DNA of 63,797 nucleotides, filler included, from Octopus bimaculoides (GCF_001194135.2; 9 parts of 8 records of this genome joined end to end with filler, not necessarily neighbours in it); one strand, 5' to 3'. Counted from the whole stretch's first letter, positions 48,912 to 62,920 are shown. The notes: generated from the letters alone by a model not told the origin. Numbers and translations are program-made.

Positions 48912-49285
48912 GGAGGCGTAATAGCCCAGTGGTTAGGGCAGCGGAATCGGGGTCGTAGGATCGCGATTTCGATTCCCAGGCCGAGCATTTGTGAGTGTTT
49001 ATTGAATGAAAACACCTAAAATTTCATGATGACCCAGCAGGGGGTGTTGGCGAACTCTGCTGTACTCTTTTACCACAACTGTCTCTCACTCTTTCTTCCT
49101 GTTTCTGTTGTACCTGTAATTCAAACGACCAGCCTTGTCACACTATGCGTCACGCTGAACCTCCCCGAGAGCTACGTGAAGGGTACACGTGTCCGTGGAG
49201 TGCTCAGCCACTTGCACGTTAATTTCACGATCGAGCTGTTCCGTTGGTCGGGTCAACTGGAACCCACGCCGTCGTAGTGTCACGA
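48912..49285 (+). mobile_element. SINE family C, full length
   Basis: Collinear with 5261-5651 throughout. Confidence 0.9.
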
Positions 49286-49584
49286 CAATCGTTTATGAAC
49301 ACACAGAACCTTACATATAATATATGTGTATGTAATCAGATTTTATAGCCTTTCTTATACATTTTTAGGTCACTGGGATAGGGTCTTCAAGGTTTTAAAC
49401 GAAGAAATGCACCCTCTACATACTTTTTAGAGCCTGGTAATTTATGCACTTACGTAAACAAACCAACATTTGGTAGCACTTAACAAATACATATGTATAT
49501 AAATATGATACATACATACATATATACATGTTATGTAATATATGTGTGTGCGCGTGCATGCATGTGTACGTGTGTGAGAAATAA

Positions 49585-49729
49585 TTGTATGTTAGGCACT
49601 CAAACAGCAGTTTTGAGGAGTGTTTGTATCAGGGTTACAAAGTCAATTCAATTGCCCTCAATATTCGACTGGTACTGTATTTTATCCACTCATAGGATAT
49701 GACACCTCAGAAGCATTATATTTTCACAT

Positions 49730-49770
<41 letters not shown>

Positions 49771-49885
49771 TCGACGGGCTTCTTTTAGATTCCGTCTACT
49801 AAACCCACTCACAAGGCCCGAAGCTATAGAAGCCACTTACTTACACAAGGTGGCAAGTAGTGGGACTGAACCTGGAACCATGTAA
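49585..49885 (-). mobile_element. SINE A-like 5' half preceded by a B-like tail fragment
   Basis: cgacgggcttcttttagattccgtctactaaacccactcacaagg..gtgggactgaacctggaaccatg. Confidence 0.7.
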
Positions 49886-49985
49886 ACATGTTTTATCTGA
49901 TAAATGCATACATACATACATACATGCACACGTGTGAAAATTAGTTATGTCTGTGGATGCATTACATTATATTTAATCAACACAA

Positions 49986-50030
<45 letters not shown>

Positions 50031-50899
50031 GACAGACCAATAATACTATCCATATCACGTCCTCACTTTGTTGTTTTTTGTTTTTTTGTTATTGTTTTTT
50101 GAACTATATATAGATATGTATATGTATTTATTTTATTTTATTTTTATATTATTATATACATACACATATGTATGTATTATACGCACCTTTTGTATTATAT
50201 ATATATATACATACATATATATGTATATGCACAAATATATACATATACATACTTATATATATGCATATATGTGTGTATTCATACACATATATATTCGAAT
50301 ATGTATGTGTGTGCGTGTGCGTACAATATTGTATATATGTGTATAATACATAGGTATGTATTTATTTACATGCATGTATCATATATCAAGAAGACCGTAT
50401 ATACATCCTTATATATATATATACATATCCTTATATATAAATATACATATATCCTTATATATAAATACATATATCCTTATATATAAATATATATATCCTT
50501 ATATATAAATATATATATCTTTATATATATATATATATNNNNNNNNNNNNNNNNNNNNNNNNNNNNNNNNNNNNNNNNNNNNNNNNNNNNNNNNNNNNNN
50601 NNNNNNNNNNNNNNNNNNNNNNNNNNNNNNNNNNNNNNNNNNNNNNNNNNNNNNNNNNNNNNNNNNNNNNNNNNNNNNNNNNNNNNNNNNNNNNNNNNNN
50701 NNNNNNNNNNNNNNNNNNNNNNNNNNNNNNNNNNNNNNNNNNNNNNNNNNNNNNNNNNNNNNNNNNNNNNNNNNNNNNNNNNNNNNNNNNNNNNNCTTAT
50801 ATATATATATATATATATCTCATATATATATATATATATATATATGCGCGTGTCTGTATTGGCGGATGTATGTATAATTGTGTGTGTGTGTGTATGTAT

Positions 50900-50944
<45 letters not shown>

Positions 50945-51511
50945 CATGGGAAGGAGAGAGAGGGAGAGAGAGAGAGAGAGAGAGAGAGAAATTGATTTGA
51001 ATATAAATTGATATTTTAAAAGAAATTCTTACATCGGCGCTCAGCCATCTCTCGCCTCAACCCCGCCATCCGTTCTCATTTCTACCCGTTCTTGTTGATA
51101 TTTTCAAACCATACCTTCTCCCTGCTGTTCATGTATTAATATATCGATTATTATTAATATATCGATTATTATTATTACATTGTTAATGTACAATAAACAT
51201 CACTTTCCCTATAATTCTACTTTTGTTGTTAGTTATTCCTGGTGGTACTAGCTATGTCGGATGATGAAGCCTAGATTGGAGGTGTTTCTACTAAATGTAT
51301 TTGATATTAACTCACTGGCGTGCGGTTCGAAGCCTTTTCATACGCATACAAGCACCAGTTGGTGTTTACACACACATTTATACATACATATATACAATCA
51401 TACATATACTCGTATGTGTTTATATATATATACCTTCACTGTCGTTTTTTTCTACTATTTTGGTGATGATTTTTTGAGTTAGCTTACCAATTATTTTTGT
51501 TGGTAGTTAAT

Positions 51512-51550
<39 letters not shown>

Positions 51551-52015
51551 GTAGTTTCGAATTTGTGTGCATACATATACATACATATATATATACAATT
51601 ACATTTATATATACATATGTACACTTTACACATACTCGTGTATATATATATATATATATTTATACGTCATTATGTATGCATATATAAATACAAATGTACA
51701 CACATCTGTACATATACATGTATATAGATATATCCATACATATCTAAGCACGCGCGCGCGCGCATACACATATTCATATAGGTATCCATACTTTTGCACG
51801 TACACAAAATGCATGTACCCATGCTGTATATTTGCATATGCTCATGTATGTGTGTGTATACCTCTGTATATGTGTGTGTGTGTAATTTTTATTTCAAATT
51901 ATTCATTAAAAAAAAAAACAATTTAACATTAAACTGAATAAATGCCTCAGTACATATTAAACTTCTAACTGAATCCGGAACTTCGAAGTCCCAGCTGACC
52001 TTCCTATTGCCAAAG

Positions 52016-52048
<33 letters not shown>

Positions 52049-52185
52049 NNNNNNNNNNNNNNNNNNNNNNNNNNNNNNNNNNNNNNNNNNNNTTAATTAA
52101 TTAANNNNNNNNNNNNNNNNNNNNNNNNNNNNNNNNNNNNNNNNNNNNTGTGTGTGTGCGTGGGGGGGGGCTGCGTGCGTGCGTG

Positions 52186-52204
<19 letters not shown>

Positions 52205-52226
<22 letters not shown>

Positions 52227-52420
52227 TTGCTTGTACCCCACCATCACTTGACAACTGATATTAGTGTGTTTATGTCCCGGTAACCTAGCAGTCCGGTAAA
52301 AAAAAACGATAAAATAAGTACCATGCTTACAAAGAATAAGTCCTGAGGTCAATTCCTTCGACTAAAATCCTTTAAGGCGGTGCTCCAGCATGACTGGAGC
52401 ATGCAAAAGAATAAAAGAAT
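52205..52420 (+). mobile_element. SINE family A 3' half
   Basis: ccatcacttgacaactg..gtaacctagcagtccgg..aataagtacc..cgactaaa..ggcggtgctccagcatg. Confidence 0.85.
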
Positions 52421-52559
52421 AGATAGGTACATACACACATGTTTATACGCATCTATGCATTCATATATGTGCGAGTGTATGTGTGTGTGTGTGTGATTCT
52501 TTATGTGTTTGTATGTGTATGTGTTGTAAGTATACGTACGTATCTTTACATTCTGTTCG

Positions 52560-52870
52560 ATATATAGATAGGTAGATAGATGGATAGATAGATGGATAGA
52601 TGGATAGATAGATGGATAGATGGATAGATAGATGGATAGATGGATAGATAGATGGATAGATAGGTAGGTAGATAGCCAGATAGATAGATAGATAGATGGA
52701 TAGATAGATNNNNNNNNNNGATAGATGGATAGATAGATGGATAGATGGATAGATAGATGGATAGATAGGTAGGTAGATAGCCAGATAGATAGATAGATAG
52801 ATGGATAGATAGATAGATAGATGGATAGATAGATGGATAGATAGGTAGGTAGGTAGGTAGATAGATAGCA
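52560..52870. repeat. (GATA)/(GATG) array with a 12-bp higher-order unit
   Basis: gatagatggata repeated. Confidence 0.95.
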
Positions 52871-53076
52871 TGTGTAAATAAGTGCATGCGCAGAAACTTA
52901 TCGTCCAATTGCTGAGTCTCGTACCGCCCTCTACCTTCACTTCTCTACAAACAAAAACATGAGAGGGAGTATATGTGGGTGCGCGTGCGTATGTGAGTGT
53001 TTGTGTGTGTATATGTATGCGTTAATATGTGTGCAAGCGTGTGTCCTTGTGCATACGTTTGTGTATGTGCGTGTGT

Positions 53077-53116
<40 letters not shown>

Positions 53117-53142
53117 AGACCAGAAAGAGCGATAAAAATCAA

Positions 53143-53176
<34 letters not shown>

Positions 53177-54341
53177 NNNNNNNNNNNNNNNNNNNNNNNN
53201 NNNNNNNNNNNNNNNNNNNNNNNNNNNNNNNNNNNNNNNNNNNNNNNNNNNNNNNNNNNNNNNNNNNNNNNNNNNNNNNNNNNNNNNNNNNNNNNNNNNN
53301 NNNNNNNNNNNNNNNNNNNNNNNNNNNNNNNNNNNNNNNNNNNNNNNNNNNNNNNNNNNNNNNNNNNNNNNNNNNNNNNNNNNNNNNNNNNNNNNNNNNN
53401 NNNNNNNNNNNNNNNNNNNNNNNNNNNNNNNNNNNNNNNNNNNNNNNNNNNNNNNNNNNNNNNNNNNNNNNNNNNNNNNNNNNNNNNNNNNNNNNNNNNN
53501 NNNNNNNNNNNNNNNNNNNNNNNNNNNNNNNNNNNNNNNNNNNNNNNNGTAACTGTTTATAGTTTAAAGGAAAGAGGGAGGGAGTCGAAAACGGAACCCC
53601 CTGAAATATTGTTGTAGTAAGCATTGTCCAGTGAAAGCAGCCAACAGAAAAAAAGGAGGAGTGGAGACAGAAAAAAAAAGAAGAAAAAGCTGTTTTTTTT
53701 TTTCCTTTTCCTTTTCCCTTTTTTATTTATTTATTTACTTTTTTTTAGTCTCTGGGATTATTACCTCTGCATACCTCTCAATAATAATAATAATAATAAC
53801 AATAATACTAATAATGATGATAATAATAATAATGATGATGATATATATAAAAGTATAAATAAAAATCAGCAAGCTACTTAGTACAGCGACTGGTGCTTAC
53901 ACATTGGTGACTTTCAGTGGAGCAATATGCTCACAGCTACAACACGGCAACACTTCTTCACCCCTACACAAACAGAGCTTTATAATAATCAGTAACAGAG
54001 ACTTCTCCAGCACAGCTGTTTCAAACTACAAGTCTTTTACAACTCGTAGTATTTTTCCAACTGCATTTGCCGGTGGCGTTATTATTATTATTATTATTGT
54101 TGTTGTTGTCTATTCCAACTTGGCGCTGTTGATAGTTTTGTAAATCTTTTTTTTTTTTTTTTTTTTTTCAATTATTACCTGTGTTCTGTGTATGTAGATA
54201 GATCACTTGGCAACCACACGGACAATTTTATCTTCGTCACTGGATGTCTTTTATCNNNNNNNNNNGCTGTTGTCATCTCTAAATATTGCCGGGTCCAGAC
54301 CGGATTATAAAAAAAAAAAATGTAAGTTATTTTATTACAAA

Positions 54342-54398
<57 letters not shown>

Positions 54399-56070
54399 GA
54401 CTGTGCTTGATTATTTTTTATATGTATTTTGTAAAAATCCCGCCTCTTTATAACCATATGTACATATATACATATAAGCAAATTTGTATGAGTAGAGTTT
54501 GAATGTTTCGATACATGCATGTATGTAGAAATGAATGGATGTATAGTTACGCAAAATATTATTTAATATATGCTATGCACAATCATTTCCTTAAGTACCT
54601 TCCCGTCAATGTATTACACGCCATGCAAACGTGCGATTTTAATGATAATGTTTTATATTTCAGTTGGTTATATTTACTCCTTTTTTCTTTTCGTTTTGCA
54701 ATTTGTTGTTTATTTGTATTATACATTCTTGTTTGTATTTTTGTTAACCTTACACGTTATCCTCTCCAGTCCCCCCCCCCACACACACACTCACAGAACA
54801 GACACATTCGACATGTATTTACAAATTTCAGTAATAATCAAAACAATATTAACGCTTATGTATTTGATGACCATTTCCAAATATAACAGAATACAACTCC
54901 ATAGCTTAAAGCCAGATTTTGGAAAAGAGAAAAAAAAAATAGCAGACGATGTATCTTCATTGATCTGGTCATGTTTTTTTTTTTTTGTTTGCTTCTGTTA
55001 AATTGTTTATGCTCGATTTTCCGCATTATGAAACGTTATAGTATTTTTTATTAATATCGTAACGAAGACTTCGTATTTTACTAGCAACAAAACTTTCTTA
55101 GCTTATAAACATTGTATAAAATCTTAGAAGGTTAAGGTTATCAGCAGGTAACGAAAATATATAGAAACTGCCACAGCATGAGAACAATGTAGATTGATGC
55201 TAGTTTTATAGCAAGTTGGATGCAGGGGACGGATGAGAGGGTAACGCTACTATGATAAACTAAATGAAAGAAATATTTAGCTTCATCTCTCTACATTCTT
55301 AACTGAAATTCCGCCACGGCTAACCTAACCAAGCATCCATGTCTTTGACGTTGATAAGCAGGCATACGTTGATTGCTTCATTCGGTCGGTGAGGTACATG
55401 TTATGGCTTTGGTCTTGAATTTCAAAACTTTCGATATTTTGAATACTTTAAAAAGTTGTTAAATAGTAAAAAGGGCATTGTGAGTTCAAATCCCGTCTGA
55501 GTCCTCCAAATAAATAATATCGTTTATCGGTTGAAATCGATTAAATCAACTGTGAACTGTCACCACCACCATACCCGGCAAATGTTTGGATGTTTAGCTA
55601 ATGTCAGCTCCGGAAAGTTTTAAGCTTGTTATGAGAGATTGTAAACGTAGTATTTCTAAAATAGTATATACATATTGTTATCTAATACATAGATGGGATA
55701 GGGTTAGGTCGCGAAAAAATATTTATGGCTCATTGGAAGTGATAAAGTTTCTTTTCACATGATTTCTTTTTTTCTAATAGGTGTTTGTTTTACATTATTT
55801 CATTTTTTTTTTTGTTAAAAATAAAATCTTATATAGCTACTTACTGTTCCGTTTTATTACATAAAACTAGCAGTCCCACGAGTTCTTTTTATGCTGAAAA
55901 AACTGTGTGGGTCACTGAAAGTGGTTTATATGTCGCCGCTTTTACTTTTTAGTTTTTGTTAATCAGCAGGTGAAGGTGATCTCAGTTAAAAAACATAAGT
56001 TTAACTATGTAGAAACTTTTATCTACAAGTGAAAACTAGCATTTCAACTGGTTATATGATCCAACTTTAT

Positions 56071-56340
56071 GGATCTATTTTAAAACGGGGGCGCCAGTAT
56101 TTTCGTAACGAAACACTTTGAAACTTGGGACACTGGTAGAATGTGTCATATAAAACATCTTTTACTCTTAGTCTTCTTAACAAAAAAAAGGAATTCGTAA
56201 GTTATTCCATGTTAAAGTTGTCGTATTTCTGTAATTTCAACCAATCACTGACGTCTATTCAGCTGAATAGAGTTACTGCTGGGCGGTCATAAAAATGTTA
56301 TTCCCTGTGACATATTTCATCCGGTTTAATCGTAATTTAT
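56071..56340. mobile_element. One arm of the Merlin-like MITE family
   Basis: ggatctattttaaaacgggggcgccagtattttc.taacgaaacactttgaaa.ttgggacactggtagaatgt matches the reverse complement of 18643-18715; aatcactgacgtctattcag is shared with 18170. Confidence 0.85.
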
Positions 56341-56364
56341 ACGCATATATTGTTTATATAATAA

Positions 56365-56457
56365 ACTAGCAGAAATACCCGGCGTTGCCCGGGTTAAAGA
56401 GAATAATGAAATCTAAAAACGCCGTCTAGACTACGCATCATCTTTATATATAGAGAT
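56365..56457 (+). mobile_element. Short Helitron/HINE-like element
   Basis: actagcagaaatacccggcgttgcccgggt (hairpin acccgg/ccgggt) ... tttatatatagagat. Confidence 0.6.
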
Positions 56458-57184
56458 GTATATACACACACGCACCCAAACACACGTATNNNNNNNNNNN
56501 NNNNNNNNNNNNNNNNNNNNNNNNNNNNNNNNNTTAATTAATTAANNNNNNNNNNNNNNNNNNNNNNNNNNNNNNNNNNNNNNNNNNNNGACTAAACTAA
56601 ATACATGCACACTCCCACATATACATGCGTATACACATAAATACACACACGCACAACCCACACATATATAGCATACTCTGTTCTAGCAAACACCCACCCA
56701 CCACCACCACCACCACCACTTCTGCCGCCGCCGTCGCTGCGCCCACCACGTCTTTCTCCACGAATACCTACCTACCATCACCAATAACAACAACAACATC
56801 ACCAGTGCAGCCGCCTTCTCCTCGAATATGTCCCTACCTATCTACTTTCCCACACACTTGGCCATTCAATAACCACGAAGCACATATCATCAATGTATCT
56901 GCAATAAAAGATAATTTATAGAACACTTCAGATATTATCGCTAATGGAATGTTGTGAGGGCTGGGCGTGGGTCCAAAATGGAGAACTACAACAACAGCAA
57001 CAACAGATGTGATATGGAAATTGAAATAAACCAATGTAAACGGAGAAAAAGAAAGTGGAAGGAAAGAGTGAAAGAGAGAAAGAAAGGGGAGGGTGAAAGA
57101 GGAACGGGAGAGACAAGGTGGCAGTAAATATTATGAGAAATTGAATAAGATTGGATTGTTTGTGTATATGTGTGTGTATGTGTC

Positions 57185-57222
<38 letters not shown>

Positions 57223-57238
57223 GAAGAGAGAGTGTGTC

Positions 57239-57295
<57 letters not shown>

Positions 57296-57445
57296 AAGAG
57301 AGAGGAAGAGAGAGTGTGTATGTGAGTGTGTGTGTGTAAGTACTAGAGTATAGAAGAATGAAAGTGAAAGTATGTAAAAGAAGGCAAAGGAGAGAGTGAG
57401 AAAGGAAAAAAGGAAAGAGGGAGAGTGAGAGAAAGCGAGAGAGAG

Positions 57446-57491
<46 letters not shown>

Positions 57492-57936
57492 AGAAATAAA
57501 GGGAAGGGACATGCAGTAATGGAAAGCGAAACGTAAGGTGCTACGGAAAGTTAAGACGCCTTGATGTATGCACATGTATGTATGTGTGTGTGTATGTGTG
57601 TGTGTATGCATATCTGTGTGCGCGCGCGCGTGTGCTTACATACATACATGCATACATACGCACTTGTTAATATATAAGTATATATAGACTAACTGAATCA
57701 ATAAAAGAATCCATATATTAAATCTATCTATCTATCTGTCTATCGATCTAGTTATCTGTCTGTTTGTCTGTCTGCCTGTCTATCTATCTATCTATCTATA
57801 CATACATACATACTTACGTATGCATATAAATATATATATGCATGGATATATACACACACATATACATATATCTATGTGTGTGAGTATATATATATCGATG
57901 AAAATATGTATAAAGAGATGTGCGCGTGTGTGTATG

Positions 57937-57985
<49 letters not shown>

Positions 57986-58484
57986 GTATATATATCTCTT
58001 TAGAAGTAATTGTCCCTTTGCTATCACCACTAGATAAGAAACAATAGAATTCTGAGACAGTTAAAACTTTTGTCTAGAATCAATTACTAGCCTGATAGAC
58101 CCTGCTATGTCAAGATGGACTTATATATTCTTCCTCTGCTCTCTCCCACTTGGTTTTAATATGTTGCCACATTTGTAATATGTCTTTTTTTCTACATTTT
58201 TTTGTGCAGCTGAAGATTGCTCTTCATATTGCATTTAAGGTAATGCTCACATTACTTAAATAAATTGAAGTANNNNNNNNNNNNNNNNNNNNNNNNNNNN
58301 NNNNNNNNNNNNNNNNTTAATTAATTAANNNNNNNNNNNNNNNNNNNNNNNNNNNNNNNNNNNNNNNNNNNNATATATATATATATATATATAGTTCAAA
58401 AACACAATAACAAAAAAACAAAAAAACAACAAGGTGAGGACGTGATATGGATAGTATTATTGGACGCTCAGGAAAGGAAAGAGA

Positions 58485-58527
58485 GAGTGTATGACGTTTC
58501 GGGCGTAGCCCTTCGTCGGAAAGATGG
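58485..58527 (-). ncRNA. Variant minimal hammerhead motif in a ~210-bp element between (TA)n tracts (about 58392-58590)
   Basis: Reverse complement tcttt-CCGACGA-a-GGGC-tac-GCCC-GAAAC-GTC-atac; stem II perfect, stem I broken. Confidence 0.55.
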
Positions 58528-59394
58528 AAAGTTCGGAGAATGGAAGAACGGAGAAAGAGGAAAATGGTACCGATGCCCACGAGGTTACATATATATATAT
58601 ATACATACATACATCTATTTACGTATATATACATATGTATATACATAATAGACAGTAACATATATAAATATATTCACAAATATTGGATGTGTATACACGC
58701 TCTATATACACAGTCAGCCCACATACACACACACATATACATATTGTGTGAGTCTGTTTATATGAACCGGCGCATTCTAAGATTTGGGGAAGAATGGTAG
58801 TAATTTAGCTTTAAATCAGTTATTAAATATTTATTTATTTTAAATATTTATTTAATATATTATTAAAATTCCTGAATCCCCTTCGTAACTTTCGCAGGCG
58901 CGATTTTATAGCTCCACACTCAAACATAAACACAACCACACACATATATATACCTACATGCACGCACACACATACATAGGTATACATATATATATATATA
59001 TATATATGTCCGTATTCATGTGTGTGTGTTTGTGTGTGTGTGTAACAACTGGAAGGCATATTTCAGAATTTACCATGGAAAACTGTACAAATCTTATTTA
59101 AAATATATATTTGATTACATATAAATAAAAAGAATAAGTCTTGGGTTGCGTTAGACTACATCTAGAATTTCGGAACGGCACCCTCTCACATACATATAAA
59201 AATGTATGCAGTGAATATACTAAAACGATTCATATTTATTACTTAATTTTTTTCACACATCTTCATTTAAAATATTCAAGTTTGATATTTTTTATCCAAC
59301 TAACATTTTAATATTTTATCGAACGATTAATCTCAATTCATGCATATAATATTACAAATTATACATGTATAATTTTATATAGGTACATATATAT

Positions 59395-59429
59395 ATCTAG
59401 TTATGTATGTATGTATGTATCTATGTATG

Positions 59430-59493
<64 letters not shown>

Positions 59494-59504
59494 CACACAC
59501 ACAC

Positions 59505-59552
<48 letters not shown>
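59395..59552. repeat. (TGTA)n(GATA)n array
   Basis: Direct reading. Confidence 0.95.
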
Positions 59553-59885
59553 GGCTGTGTGGTAAGAAGCCTGCTTCTCAACCACATGGTCTGGGTTTAG
59601 TCCCATTGTGTGACACCTTGGGCTAGTATCTTCTACTAAATAGCTTCGGACCGACGAAAGCCTTGACAGATAGACGGAAACTGGAATATCCTCGTCGTAT
59701 ATGTATTCTGGAGTGTTTATGTCCGCATAACATAGCGGTTCGGCCAAAATGACCGATAGAATAAGTACTAGGCTTACAAGGAATAAGTCCTGGGGTCGAC
59801 TTCTTCGACTAACACCCTTTATGGTTGTGCTCCAGCATCGCCGCAGTCAAATGACTGCCACAAGTAAAAGAATAAAAGAATGAAA
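59552..59885 (+). mobile_element. SINE family A, full length with short internal tract
   Basis: ggctgtgtggtaagaagcc..ccttgggctagtatcttc..gatagaataagtactaggcttac..ccagcatcgccgcagtcaaatgact..aagtaaaagaataaaaga. Confidence 0.9.
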
Positions 59886-59937
<52 letters not shown>

Positions 59938-60606
59938 CGTACATGCTCATAGGCATGTATATATACTTATATATATATATATATACACACACACATTTAT
60001 ATATGTATGTATGTGTGTATGTGTATATATATAGACACATATACATGCATATATATATACATACACATACATATATATATACATACATCTACATATACAC
60101 ACACATATGCATATATATATATGTACATAATATATGTGTGAATGTGTGTATATGAGTCTATTAATGAGGAGTGAGGAAGTGAGAGTGAGAGTGAGACAGA
60201 GACAGACAAAAAAAGTAAGAGAGTGAATGCTTCTTTATTGGTGTGTGTTTAACTAATCATATCAATATATCTATCAAGAAAAATCTTTATTCAAGATTTA
60301 ATTAGAATAATTTCAGACATATTTCAGGCAAGTCATCCATATCAAACCCTCATACACACACACACACACACACACAGAGTCTATACACCGGTCTTAAATT
60401 TCTAGTGACCCTGGTCAAATCTCAAAAACGTAAAAGAGATTCATTCTTTAGTTTTTGTAGAAATACGGCTGTACTACTTCAACAACAATATACTTCATAC
60501 TTGTCTAGCAACATCATACGCGCGCGCGTGTGTGTGTAGATTGATAGATAGATAGATGGATTTACACATCTACGCATGTGTAGTGTGTGTGTGTGTGTAT
60601 GTATAT

Positions 60607-60669
<63 letters not shown>

Positions 60670-61711
60670 NNNNNNNNNNNNNNNNNNNNNNNNNNNNNNN
60701 NNNNNNNNNNNNNNNNNNNNNNNNNNNNNNNNNNNNNNNNNNNNNNNNNNNNNNNNNNNNNNNNNNNNNNNNNNNNNNNNNNNNNNNNNNNNNNNNNNNN
60801 NNNNNNNNNNNNNNNNNNNNNNNNNNNNNNNNNNNNNNNNNNNNNNNNNNNNNNNNNNNNNNNNNNNNNNNNNNNNNNNNNNNNNNNNNNNNNNNNNNNN
60901 NNNNNNNNNNNNNNNNNNNNNNNNNNNNNNNNNNNNNNNNNNNNNNNNNNNNNNNNNNNNNNNNNNNNNNNNNNNNNNNNNNNNNNNNNNNNNNNNNNNN
61001 NNNNNNNNNNNNNNNNNNNNNNNNNNNNNNNNNNNNNNNNNNNNNNNNNNNNNNNNNNNNNNNNNNNNNNNNNNNNNNNNNNNNNNNNNNNNNNNNNNNN
61101 NNNNNNNNNNNNNNNNNNNNNNNNNNNNNNNNNNNNNNNNNNNNNNNNNNNNNNNNNNNNNNNNNNNNNNNNNNNNNNNNNNNNNNNNNNNNNNNNNNNN
61201 NNNNNNNNNNNNNNNNNNNNNNNNNNNNNNNNNNNNNNNNNNNNNNNNNNNNNNNNNNNNNNNNNNNNNNNNNNNNNNNNNNNNNNNNNNNNNNNNNNNN
61301 NNNNNNNNNNNNNNNNNNNNNNNNNNNNNNNNNNNNNNNNNNNNNNNNNNNNNNNNNNNNNNNNNNNNNNNNNNNNNNNNNNNNNNNNNNNNNNNNNNNN
61401 NNNNNNNNNNNNNNNNNNNNNNNNNNNNNNNNNNNNNNNNNNNNNNNNNNNNNNNNNNNNNNNNNNNNNNNNNNNNNNNNNNNNNNNNNNNNNNNNNNNN
61501 NNNNNNNTATATATATATATATATATCTGTGTGTGTAGGGGGGTGTAATGAATGTGTATACACACATATATAAATATATATATTCAATGTTAAAAATGTA
61601 CCACACTCTCCGGGAGATATGTCAAAAATAGTAAAAAACTTAAAACGAAAATAATGTGGTGTTTATTTTATTCCGCATACTTTGGTATTAATTAATCGGT
61701 ATGTAAGAGGT

Positions 61712-61742
<31 letters not shown>

Positions 61743-61984
61743 CACACACACATGCAAGTTTGTATGAATGCATGCATGCATCGATGGCATGTATGTTTAT
61801 AAGTATGAATGACATTTTTAAGTAAATGTTGCTTCGTTAAACTTGCTTAAACGAGTTTTCAATAGCCTTGGAAAATCGCTCGACGAAACACTTTGAAATA
61901 CATTACGTCTTAATGAATACATCACGTTGCGATTTTTACGTTTTGAGTGAGAGGCGTTTGATTTCATTAAGCATACATCTATGT

Positions 61985-62215
61985 CTATGTATGTATTATA
62001 TAATACAAAGAATATATATACATGTATACACACATATATGTTCATACTTACATCTACATGTGTATATACATGCATATCAGGGTACAGGACGTTAGAACAA
62101 TAAACTACAGACAACGGAACGAACACATAGGAAAACGGAAAGCCACTTGGAATATCCCTTCATCAGCTGTCTCTATTCTATCTAGACGTTTCGAAGACGT
62201 ATGTATTATATATAT
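61985..62215 (-). mobile_element. Family F element
   Basis: Reverse complement cttcGAAACGTCtagatagaatagagacagCTGATGAaggg..acgtcctgtaccctgatatgcat. Confidence 0.75.
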
Positions 62216-62589
62216 ATGTGTGTGCGTGCGTGTGCGTGTGTGTGTATGTGTGTGTATGTATATATATTCATGCATTTTTGCTTCCATATACTTACATAAA
62301 TATACATCAAACTATATGTAGAGACTGAGAGAGATAAATATATAGATATATAAATATACATAAATATTAATATATATGTATGTATATATATATATACATA
62401 TATATATATANNNNNNNNNNNNNNNNNNNNNNNNNNNNNNNNNNNNNNNNNNNNTTAATTAATTAANNNNNNNNNNNNNNNNNNNNNNNNNNNNNNNNNN
62501 NNNNNNNNNNACATACCTACCTACCTACCTACCTACCTACCTAACTACCTACATACCTACCTACCTACCTACATACATACATTCATTCA

Positions 62590-62920
62590 TGCACCAGGTT
62601 GAGCCAGATGATTTTTGGCAACTTGTATCTCGATGTTATATCATTAATTTGGTACAACTTATTGGCCAATCGTTTTGCTGAATTGTCAGCTCATTATTTT
62701 CATATATAACATAAATATTCATTATTTATTCTTACCGTGCCACTTTGATAATGAGTGATAGAGAAATTGCAATTTGCGCTATTCTACGCTACCTGGGGAA
62801 AAACAAAAAAGGATTGAATGCAAAGACAACGGTTAAAGAAAATGATGTAAAAGACCCAGGAACTGTCAACGAACGTGTGGCACAAATCTCTTAGATTTCC
62901 GGACAATGGGCAGGCGTTAA
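62590..62920 (+). mobile_element. Mariner 5' remnant
   Basis: 62751-62894 translates MSDREIAICAILRYLGKNKKGLNAKTTVKENDVKDPGTVNERVAQIS*, matching the mariner N-terminal HTH (I.Y...KG..A......I....G...V..R..Q.WF); TIR-like ccaggttgagccag at about 62594. Confidence 0.8.

Noticed and set aside
52650-52815. Duplicated ggtaggtagatagccagatag block as a biological higher-order repeat
   Set aside because: The two copies flank a 10-N gap and are likely an unmerged contig overlap
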